Source: an uncultured archaeon (GTDB taxonomy: Archaea; Asgardarchaeota; Thorarchaeia; Thorarchaeales; Thorarchaeaceae). From it: 32,000 nt of DNA. The position numbers and the translations under genes are program-made. The notes beneath the pieces are model-generated. The model searched no databases and was not told the DNA's origin. It was given only the letters and a program-made list of their open reading frames with translations. Numbering within the stretch: position 1 is the stretch's first letter; every line of letters starts with the position of its first letter. The DNA lies in contig CAYHAA010000005.1 in NCBI GenBank assembly GCA_964354495.1, positions 90,001 to 122,000 on the forward strand, in the 5' to 3' direction. Shown here piece by piece: positions 10,606 to 18,391 of this stretch.

Positions 10606-11805
10606 ATGAAACTCAATATCACTCCGCGTGCAGCCAATCTACAATATGCCATACGAGACATTGTTGTTATTGCCAAACAGTATGAGAAACAGACAGGTAA
10701 GAAGCCACTCTACCTCAATATCGGAGACCCCATTGCGTATGACTGGAAGACACCACAGTTCATGGTAGATGCTCTCTGCAAGGCAGCCCAAGATGGATGG
10801 AATGGATACTCTCCTTCTGATGGTGAGCCGGAATTGAAACGAGCAGCTGCGGAGAAGGAGAAGAGAGTCAATGGTATTGATATTGACCCCAACAGAATAA
10901 TCGTGACAGCAGGTGTGTCTGAAGCAATCCAGTTCTTGACCGGAGCTCTAGTCAGTGACGGAGCAGAGCTTCTTGTTCCGGGACCCAGCTACCCGCCCTA
11001 CATTTCCTATGTCAAATTCTTCGGAGGAAAGCCGGTAGCATACCGAACAGTCGAGGAGGAAGACTGGAATCCAGACACTGACGACCTAAGAAAGAAGATC
11101 ACAGATAGGACCGTGGGCATTCTTGTCATCAACCCCAACAATCCTACTGGGTCAGTCTACGATGAGAAGACCCTCAAAGAAATCGTTGATATTGCAGGAG
11201 AGCATGGTCTTCCTCTCATCTCAGACGAAATCTATGATCAGCTCACATACGACAAACAGCAGACCCCGATGGTCCGAATTGCGGGAGATGTTCCTGTGGT
11301 CGGCTTCAACGGTATCAGCAAGGTGTACCTTGCACCCGGCTGGCGTGTCGGGTATGCATACTTCCACGATAGCAATGGAGAGCTCGAGCCTCTACGTGAT
11401 GCAATGGTTCGTCAAGCGCGTGTCAGGATATGTCTGAATGCTACGGCCCAGATTGCTTCTATTGCTGCGCTGCGTAGCGACGGTCGCCACCTCAAAACGA
11501 CAATGAAGAAGATGCGAACTCGAAGAAACCTCATCTACAAGCGGCTCAATGGGATAGACTCCATCTCAACCAAACTGCCCGAGGCGGCATTCTACATCAT
11601 GCCCAAGATTGACCTCCGCGGGAGATGGCCTAATGACACTGAGTTTGTAAAGGACGTGCTCAAAGAAACCGGCGTAGTGTTCGTGCCAGGATCAGGGTTT
11701 GGGGCAGAACATGGCACGGGACACTTCCGAAGTGTCTTCCTTCCTCCAACAGACATGATTGAGGAAGCAATGAATCGACTCGAAGGATTCATGTCAAAGA
11801 GATAG
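10606..11805 (+). CDS. PLP-dependent class I/II aminotransferase, alanine aminotransferase-like
   Basis: LNIGDP, PGPSYPPY, NPNNPTG, SDEIY and NGISKVYLAPGWRVG (PLP lysine). Confidence 0.9.
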   Translation: MKLNITPRAANLQYAIRDIVVIAKQYEKQTGKKPLYLNIGDPIAYDWKTPQFMVDALCKAAQDGWNGYSPSDGEPELKRAAAEKEKRVNGIDIDPNRIIVTAGVSEAIQFLTGALVSDGAELLVPGPSYPPYISYVKFFGGKPVAYRTVEEEDWNPDTDDLRKKITDRTVGILVINPNNPTGSVYDEKTLKEIVDIAGEHGLPLISDEIYDQLTYDKQQTPMVRIAGDVPVVGFNGISKVYLAPGWRVGYAYFHDSNGELEPLRDAMVRQARVRICLNATAQIASIAALRSDGRHLKTTMKKMRTRRNLIYKRLNGIDSISTKLPEAAFYIMPKIDLRGRWPNDTEFVKDVLKETGVVFVPGSGFGAEHGTGHFRSVFLPPTDMIEEAMNRLEGFMSKR

Positions 11806-11812
11806 GTCCCGG

Positions 11813-13516
11813 CTACTTCAGTTCGGACTTCTTTGATTCCATCAATTGAGTGATCTCATTTCGAATTGACCGAGCAACGACGAGGGCCATCTCAGTCTTC
11901 TCCGGAGATGGCGGACGCTCACCAACAACGAGCAATGAGTCAATAAGTATCTTCTCTGCTTCCATTTGTAGGTCCGATATGCTGTTCTGAAGACCGTGAT
12001 GCTCAGGAGCTGTGAGTCTACCCTTCATGTCATTAGCTATTGACTTGATCTTTCCAGCTGCCAGAAGTATCCTCTTCTTCTTTCCTGCCAGAGAGTCCCA
12101 CTCAGTACGTGCGAGAGGCACTTCAGCCTCCACCTTCTTCTCCTGATTCCTCGCATAGGCTATTGCCTTGTCAAAGACTGGGACCAATGTCTGCAGAGCG
12201 TAGGCCTTCTTCTCTGCAAGCTTTGCGTCTGCTACCTGTTCGGCCAAGGTTTCATCACCAACTAATGCATCAATCTGATCCACAACATCATTGATGACAC
12301 GGATTCGCGCCTTTGCAGAGTCCAGCTCACCTCTCTGTACCTCAGCTCGGCTTTCCTTCAGAGAAGAAGTCAGACCATCGATGACACGAAGCAGGGGTAG
12401 TGCTTCGAATTCAGACTCCTCGATTGAGGCTCGCAGGAAACCGACCCTTCCACCGGTGACATCAGAGTCCTGGAGTAGCTTCTCACTCTCCTTGAAATCC
12501 TTCAGCGTAATCAGGGTGGGGCCGGCCTGAAGACTGTAGACTGTCTTTAGCTTGTCTTCATAGGACCCTCGAACTACAACAGAGTAGTCGCGCATCCCCC
12601 CAAGGGCTTCTGCACCCCTAAGGGTGACATCTAGGTTCACGGTTTCTCCAGCGGGAAGTCTTGGAATCGTCCTCATCTTTTCGCTGGATATGAACCTCAG
12701 TCCGTCATCAAGGTGCCATTCGATTTTCATATTCGAAGCCTCGCCATCACCTGAGTTTCTGACACTTAGACGAACTGTGAAGTTCTCTGTGAAAGTGAGA
12801 TCAATGGGCACTGTTAATTGTGATGAGATTTTGGGTACCTTCAGCTTTCCTCTCAATATCTCTCGAACCATGTCGAGCCCCCTATCGACATACTTGGAGA
12901 ACTCCTGACCGGATGAGTTCGCTAGTGCGGACTTGAGTTCAGTGACAGCTGCGTTCTCGGCCTCTGCAAAGGACTCGAGATTCACACTCTGAATAGAATT
13001 CTCAAGCATTTGAGGAATCTGACTCAACCTGATAACAGCAGGAAGTCTGATTTTTGACGCATTCTCTGCAGCAAAGCCACGAGCCTTGTAGAACGCATCC
13101 GCCTCTTTGCCAATCATGACGTAGATCATGCAGGCAGCGATAGCAATGGCTGTGCCTTTGCTGGTCTCTGCATCGTCACCCCACAACAGGTGTTCAGATG
13201 ACGCGGCTAGGAGGTCATCAGCTCCGCGCTGGTATGCCGCGACAGATTTGTTGGCATCACCCAACTCTGAAAACACGTCACCAGCATCGCACATATTCAG
13301 TGCTGCCTTCTTATAGCTTCTACCAGCTCTGTATTCATCCGCAGACTTAACGAATGCTTGAGCAGCCAATACGAACTCGCGTTCCATGGTGGCTATGTCA
13401 CCTACACGCTCTGCCTGAGCAGCAGCTTGAAGGTGCATTTTTCCTGCAGACTGGCGCGTTGTGTCCCTCTGTAATTCCTCAACCCATTTTTTCGCTCTCT
13501 CGTCCGACATTGTCAA
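11813..13516 (-). CDS. Multidomain protein: alpha-SNAP/TPR-like helical N-terminus, Ig-like (CARDB/DUF11-type) domain, C-terminal coiled coil
   Basis: AAQAFVKSADEY...KAALNMCDAGDVFSELGDANKSVAAYQRG helical repeats; beta-rich FTVRLSVRNSGDGEASNMKIEWHL...LPAGETVNLDVTL; helical tail. AGGAG RBS 5 nt before the TTG. Confidence 0.75.
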   Translation of the reverse strand: MTMSDERAKKWVEELQRDTTRQSAGKMHLQAAAQAERVGDIATMEREFVLAAQAFVKSADEYRAGRSYKKAALNMCDAGDVFSELGDANKSVAAYQRGADDLLAASSEHLLWGDDAETSKGTAIAIAACMIYVMIGKEADAFYKARGFAAENASKIRLPAVIRLSQIPQMLENSIQSVNLESFAEAENAAVTELKSALANSSGQEFSKYVDRGLDMVREILRGKLKVPKISSQLTVPIDLTFTENFTVRLSVRNSGDGEASNMKIEWHLDDGLRFISSEKMRTIPRLPAGETVNLDVTLRGAEALGGMRDYSVVVRGSYEDKLKTVYSLQAGPTLITLKDFKESEKLLQDSDVTGGRVGFLRASIEESEFEALPLLRVIDGLTSSLKESRAEVQRGELDSAKARIRVINDVVDQIDALVGDETLAEQVADAKLAEKKAYALQTLVPVFDKAIAYARNQEKKVEAEVPLARTEWDSLAGKKKRILLAAGKIKSIANDMKGRLTAPEHHGLQNSISDLQMEAEKILIDSLLVVGERPPSPEKTEMALVVARSIRNEITQLMESKKSELK

Positions 13517-13612
13517 TTACACTCCTACACGGATCAGAGTCTTTCTTCGCTCATTGATTGTTTTCTTTTCAGACTAAGTAAGGCCATTCATACGTTTCAC
13601 AGAATTACCATA

Positions 13613-13906
13613 CTAGTATACTTCACGTGGTGAGTGCGTCAGACGGTCGGGAAGTCCACCGCCATGCCCTTCAATTACGAGTTCATAGCCGCGGCCAACA
13701 CGTCCGTGTTTCGCAGTCTGAAATCCTACCTTCTCAATACCACGAGCGTTTCGTTCTGCCGCTCTGCGCTCTATCATGCTAGCGCCAGTTGGTATCACAA
13801 GAATCAGTTTCTTCTGTGAATCATCCACGGTCAAGCTAATGGCAGTAGTCGGCTGTCCTGAACACTCGTGGAATTGACTATCACGATATTCGAGATTAAT
13901 CTTCAT
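13613..13906 (-). CDS. Small protein, possibly a divergent single gelsolin-like domain
   Basis: 97 aa with GGTG RBS. SLTVDDSQKKLILVIPTGASMIERRAAERNARGI resembles the gelsolin strand-strand-long helix (GAS..ER..A...A..I). Fold call is tentative. Confidence 0.6.
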   Translation of the reverse strand: MKINLEYRDSQFHECSGQPTTAISLTVDDSQKKLILVIPTGASMIERRAAERNARGIEKVGFQTAKHGRVGRGYELVIEGHGGGLPDRLTHSPREVY

Positions 13907-14009
13907 CTAGACTGTGCACCATCCAGTAGTCTGTCCTAGGGAGAAACTATCTCGGTCACATATTAGGATTTGCGCGACGAAGCGAATGGACCAAATCGCT
14001 TCTACATTG

Positions 14010-14035
14010 GCCAAAAAGAGAAAGAGAACGAGAGC
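14010..14035 (-). terminator. Possible oligo-pyrimidine/T-tract terminator after the polyproline membrane gene
   Basis: Minus strand CTCTCGTTCTCTTTCTCTTTTTGG, preceded by a short CTGAG/CTCAG inverted repeat. Confidence 0.3.
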
Positions 14036-14088
14036 CCAAGGGTCTGAGTGGCCCAAGAGCTCAGGTGTAATGATGGATCCAGTGAGGA

Positions 14089-14379
14089 TTAGTCTGGTGG
14101 CGGTGGCGGTGGTGGAGTGTCACTCAACTTCTTTGTGTCGATTCGGGCAGTGACAGAGTCACGTTTCTTCTTTGTGAAGAGGAAGCCCATTATGATGAAT
14201 AATACTCCAACGATTGCTATAGCAGCGCCGGCCAGTACGGTGTATCCAGGTATGAAGTCGTAGGCTGGGTTATACCCAGGCAACAGCGCTAGAACTGCGC
14301 CAACAATCACAAGGAGTGCGCCTAGACACACAGGACCAGAACGCGTGTATTCACGCCAAGTTAAGTAGCTCAATGTCAT
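14089..14379 (-). CDS. Two-TM membrane protein with C-terminal heptaproline tail
   Basis: Two hydrophobic helices, basic KKKR stop-transfer, ends TPPPPPPPD. ATG at 14379 follows AGGAG; a GTG at 14403 is the alternative start. Confidence 0.75.
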   Translation of the reverse strand: MTLSYLTWREYTRSGPVCLGALLVIVGAVLALLPGYNPAYDFIPGYTVLAGAAIAIVGVLFIIMGFLFTKKKRDSVTARIDTKKLSDTPPPPPPPD

Positions 14380-14482
14380 AAGCTCCTGTTCGAGACTCAC
14401 CACGTAGTCTCGTCTAATCGTACATGAATCGGTTCAAGCGATTTAAGATTATTGGGTGGCTAAGAGGAGGATTGTTCTGGTC

Positions 14483-15370
14483 TCAAAAGAGTGCAGACTC
14501 AGTAGACATACCAACGATGCAGCCTGTTGATGAGGTGTTGACACTGACTTTGATACCTGACAGGTCACTAATCTTCTTAGCAATCAACTCATGAAACGTA
14601 CATGGGTACCCTGCGGGCATCCTCGACATGTTTGGATCAAGCGATCTACAGATGCGCAATAACTCGCAGGTTCCGGTTTCAATTGTTGCACTACCCGTAC
14701 CAGTCCTCGGTAATTGACTCTCCCTTGAACAGCTCTGAATCAATGCTCCGAAACCCTTGAGCATTGCTGACTGGTCAGCGGGATTAGATGTGACCCAGAA
14801 ATGTATCAGTTGGTCAGCAGCCTTACTAAACATTGATTCTAGGTGTCCTGTGGGAAGGCTCTTGGCATATGCAGAGACCTCGTAAATCAGCGCAGCATGT
14901 GCTTCGATGAGTTGCTGCCATGCAGCATCTCCAATTGTTCTAGGCATTTGCGGCACTTCTGCTACTCTAAGATCTGGAAGTGCTGTTGTTGCTGCCGCTT
15001 CCGGTGACGCACTTTCGGAACTACTGCCCGATGGATCTGCCTGTGCGCCTGCAGTTGAACCATCATCGTAGGTGAATTCAGCCAACTCATAGCTCGGACA
15101 TACGCCACTCTGTTGATACTTGCGTGCATACTGCATTAATCTGCCTGCCATGGTGGCCACAGCATATCGGCTGAGTCCTTCTACTCTAATATGACCGTAT
15201 GCCACACCCACAATGTTGTCGAGCTCAAGACAGGGAATGGTCTTCTCAGCGATTATCTTCCTCCCGTGCACAACACGCACAGCCCACATTTCATTCAAAA
15301 CGCCAGCTTGTGCGCCATAGCTTGTGTTGGTAATGCCAACGAGTGGCGATATGGGATAGAAGTCACTCAT
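14483..15370 (-). CDS. Two-domain hypothetical protein; C-terminal domain possibly of V4R/Bet3/HNOX-like fold
   Basis: Globular N-domain, Ser/Ala/Pro linker, then TGTCELLRIC...GYPCTFHELIAKKISDLSGIKVSV...GCIV (C..C..H..C pattern). ATG at 15370 follows GGAGG. Confidence 0.7.
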   Translation of the reverse strand: MSDFYPISPLVGITNTSYGAQAGVLNEMWAVRVVHGRKIIAEKTIPCLELDNIVGVAYGHIRVEGLSRYAVATMAGRLMQYARKYQQSGVCPSYELAEFTYDDGSTAGAQADPSGSSSESASPEAAATTALPDLRVAEVPQMPRTIGDAAWQQLIEAHAALIYEVSAYAKSLPTGHLESMFSKAADQLIHFWVTSNPADQSAMLKGFGALIQSCSRESQLPRTGTGSATIETGTCELLRICRSLDPNMSRMPAGYPCTFHELIAKKISDLSGIKVSVNTSSTGCIVGMSTESALF

Positions 15371-15576
15371 TTCCTTGCCTCCAGAACGTGGGCGCATTCC
15401 TCATCATTGAATTGCCATTCAAAAGGGTATCGTGGTTGTAGTTCAATGTGCATTTCTGCCCATCTCGATGGGTGCGCCTCTTGTGATATTCACATCTGCA
15501 ATAGTTGGTCATGCGCGGCGAAAAGAACAAGAAAAGGACTGGACTATTGTGTTTCATCCAGTCCGATTCAATCATC

Positions 15577-17766
15577 TCACATGTAGCCAGGTAGCACATC
15601 AGATGATTTTTGGGGCTGCCGCTTCTTGACTTGTTCAGCCAGCTCCAAGAATCGTTTCAGATCGTCCGGCGAGATGCTTGGACGGATTTCCTCTAGTGCA
15701 GCCTTGAAATGCTTCATGTGAACGGGCTTTGTCTTCCAATCACTTCGAACTGCAGCCATTGCAGCCTCTCTGACAAGGCCTTCAATGTCAGCCCCGGAGA
15801 AGCCATCGGTCATGTCAGACAGTTTCTCAATACTCACATCATCGGCCAATGGCATGTTACGTGTGTGTACCTTGAAGATATCGACTCTTGCATCGCGATC
15901 CGGAGGTGGAACGAATAGCACTGAATCGAAACGGCCGGGTCGAAGCACAGCTGGATCTAGGATGTCCGCCCTGTTAGTGGCACCTATCACAAGCACGTTT
16001 TGAAGGGATACCATACCATCAAGTTCAGCGAGGAATTGATTCACGATTCTATGGCTCACACCAGTGTCGTCACGCATCCCTCGTGCGCCTAGTATCGCGT
16101 CAATCTCATCGAAGAAGAGCACGCACGGAGCCACTTGGCGTGCCTTCTTGAACACCTCGCGTATAGCCTTCTCAGACTCTCCGACGTACTTGTTGAACAC
16201 CTCAGGACCCCTCACGGAGATGAAGTTGGCTTCGGTCTCAGTAGCTACCGCTTTTGCAAGCAGGGTCTTACCCGTTCCAGGCGGCCCGAATAGGAGTACT
16301 CCCTTTGGTGCCCTGATACCCATTCCTTCAAAGACTTCAGGGTATTTCAGAGGCGCTTCAACGGCCTCACGTAGTTGCATCTTGACCTTAGCTAGACCGC
16401 CTACATCATCCCACCGTACATTAGGCTTCTCGACAAGAACCTCTCTCAGCGCGGAGGGAGATACCTCTGTAAGAGCCAGCTCGAAATCAGCTTGGGTGAC
16501 GTAGAGGTTGTTCAAGAGGTCGGCAGGAATGTCTCCTGTGTCTGGATCGACATGCGGCAACACTCTTCGCAGAGCCTGCATTGCAGCCTCTCGAGCCAAT
16601 GCAGAGAGGTCAGCACCAACGAACCCGTGAGTGACCGCAGCCAGCTTCTCTAGATCAAGACCCTCCTCTAATGGCATAGCCCTCGTGTGAATCTGAAGAA
16701 TCTCAAGTCGTCCCTTCTTATCAGGCACTCCGAGGACGATCTCTCTATCGAATCTACCGGGTCTTCTCAGAGCATCATCAATATCGTCCGGACGGTTAGT
16801 CGCACCGATGACTATTACCTCACCACGACTGGCGAGACCGTCCATGAGCGACAATAGCTGCGCGACAACTCTCCGTTCGACCTCTCCCGTGACTTCTGCA
16901 CGTTTCGGCGCAATACTATCTAGCTCGTCGATGAATATGATGGATGGCGCATTCTTCTCTGCGTCTTCAAAGGTTTCACGCAGTTTCTGTTCAGACTCTC
17001 CATAGAACTTCGACATGATCTCAGGACCATTTATCACCTTGAAGTTCGCACCCGACTCATTGGCAACGGCTCGTGCAATCAAGGTCTTTCCGGTTCCCGG
17101 AGGCCCCATGAGAAGCACGCCCTTGGGCGGAGTAATTCCAAGCCTCTTGAACAACTCTGGCGACTTCATGGGTAGTTCTATCATTTCACGGATCTTGACC
17201 AGCTCCTTGCCAAGCCCTCCGATATCTTCGTACGAAACTTGGGGAAATGAAATGTCCTCTAGTCGAACTGGCTTGGTCAAAACCTCAACCAAGGTGTCAG
17301 GTGTGATTCTGCCAAACTTGCCAGGCGCTACAGCTGTGGCCGTGAATTGCATTCCCTGTCCAATCGAAGAGATAAGAATCGTATCGCCCTTGGTGATCGG
17401 CCGATTGAGTATCTGCTGCTTCAAATAGCTGTCAAAGCCCGGCTGAAATCTGACGGGCTGACTAGGTGCAATGACAACGCGTGTTGCCTCAGGAACAGTC
17501 ACGCTACTTACTTCTACCAACTCTCCCAGCTTGACGCCTGCATTACTACGAATCAAGCCATCCATCCGGACCATGTCCAGGACTTCATCCTCCCTGAGAC
17601 TGGGCCAGCAGACAGCTATTGTTTCCTTGCTACCTCTGACCAAGACGTAGTCTCCGGACCTAACTCCAAGGTGACTCCTCACGTCAGAGTTCAATCTGAT
17701 AATGCCACGTCCTTGATCCTTGGGCATAGCAGCGGCGACTTTCAGTCGGATTGCGTTTTCGCTCAT
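15577..17766 (-). CDS. cdc48: Cdc48/p97/VAT double AAA+ ATPase
   Basis: Double-psi N-domain (DQGRGIIRL), two Walker A GPPGTGKT, Walker B IIFIDELD and [18 protein letters not shown] and RPGRFD, C-terminal GYM (penultimate Tyr). Confidence 0.97.
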   Translation of the reverse strand: MSENAIRLKVAAAMPKDQGRGIIRLNSDVRSHLGVRSGDYVLVRGSKETIAVCWPSLREDEVLDMVRMDGLIRSNAGVKLGELVEVSSVTVPEATRVVIAPSQPVRFQPGFDSYLKQQILNRPITKGDTILISSIGQGMQFTATAVAPGKFGRITPDTLVEVLTKPVRLEDISFPQVSYEDIGGLGKELVKIREMIELPMKSPELFKRLGITPPKGVLLMGPPGTGKTLIARAVANESGANFKVINGPEIMSKFYGESEQKLRETFEDAEKNAPSIIFIDELDSIAPKRAEVTGEVERRVVAQLLSLMDGLASRGEVIVIGATNRPDDIDDALRRPGRFDREIVLGVPDKKGRLEILQIHTRAMPLEEGLDLEKLAAVTHGFVGADLSALAREAAMQALRRVLPHVDPDTGDIPADLLNNLYVTQADFELALTEVSPSALREVLVEKPNVRWDDVGGLAKVKMQLREAVEAPLKYPEVFEGMGIRAPKGVLLFGPPGTGKTLLAKAVATETEANFISVRGPEVFNKYVGESEKAIREVFKKARQVAPCVLFFDEIDAILGARGMRDDTGVSHRIVNQFLAELDGMVSLQNVLVIGATNRADILDPAVLRPGRFDSVLFVPPPDRDARVDIFKVHTRNMPLADDVSIEKLSDMTDGFSGADIEGLVREAAMAAVRSDWKTKPVHMKHFKAALEEIRPSISPDDLKRFLELAEQVKKRQPQKSSDVLPGYM

Positions 17767-17780
17767 TCTCGTTTCCCTCT

Positions 17781-18224
17781 CTAATCTAGCATCAAATATC
17801 CTTCTCTATTTCCAGAATTGCCTTTCTTTGCAATCTTCAATGATATCTCCATAACACCGTTCCGCAAAGATGCGTGTGAGTGATTGATATCAACATCAAA
17901 GCCTAAGTCGACGCGTCTCTCTTTGCCATCAATCTCGTGAATGATTTTCAGAGTCTTCGCTTCAACCTTGACTGAATATTCATTCGCATCATTGTAGCCG
18001 ATATTGACGATGAATAGCACTTCATCTTCTAGATCAATTTGTTCAATATCTGGTTCCGTATCCGATAGGATTCTGCCCTCACTATCGGCATCATTGAATA
18101 CTGAGCCAGTGACATAGCTAAATGATGCAGTACCCTCTGGAAACGCTTCAAGAGACCCCCTGAGGGACTCGAGCATTCTTCTGAACACTGACTCAAAGTC
18201 ATCGTCTATCAAATGAGAATCCAT
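17781..18224 (-). CDS. hsp20: Small heat-shock protein (Hsp20/alpha-crystallin-like)
   Basis: C-terminal SHASLRNGVMEISLK motif, acidic N-terminus, lies directly upstream of cdc48 as is common in archaea. ATG at 18224 follows GGAGG. Confidence 0.75.
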   Translation of the reverse strand: MDSHLIDDDFESVFRRMLESLRGSLEAFPEGTASFSYVTGSVFNDADSEGRILSDTEPDIEQIDLEDEVLFIVNIGYNDANEYSVKVEAKTLKIIHEIDGKERRVDLGFDVDINHSHASLRNGVMEISLKIAKKGNSGNREGYLMLD

Positions 18225-18308
18225 CCTCCAATTGCAGAGCCCCGGGCGGCAATGCCGCCCTTGAGTCATCGTGTGGGGCTCCTTTCTATATAGGTGCTAG
18301 TCAACACC

Positions 18309-18345
18309 TAGTATACCACTTGGTATACTAATACCACTTGGTATA
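18309..18345. promoter_or_regulatory. Tandem palindromic operator upstream of hsp20-cdc48
   Basis: Perfect 10-bp inverted repeat TAGTATACCA-ct-TGGTATACTA (18309-18330). The 15-mer ATACCACTTGGTATA occurs at 18313 and 18331. Confidence 0.7.
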
Positions 18346-18350
18346 TTAGG

Positions 18351-18358
18351 TATATAAA
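18351..18358 (-). promoter_or_regulatory. TATA box of the hsp20-cdc48 promoter
   Basis: Minus strand TTTATATA, about 25 nt upstream of the operator centre. Confidence 0.6.
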
Positions 18359-18391
18359 CCTTAGGAAGTGCTCATCACTTTGGAGGGACAA

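Noticed and set aside
15191-15629. Short ORFs spanning the gap between cdc48 and the 304-aa gene
   Set aside because: They overlap real genes at both ends and are Cys/His-rich random-like translations.
15709-17784. Plus-strand ORFs antisense to cdc48 (e.g. 16064-16504, 17015-17428, 17347-17784)
   Set aside because: Shadow ORFs of a highly conserved gene, with no motifs or RBS.
18309-18345. Repeat pair as a CRISPR array or transposon end
   Set aside because: Only two copies 18 bp apart, no spacers, no cas or transposase genes; position next to a TATA box fits an operator.
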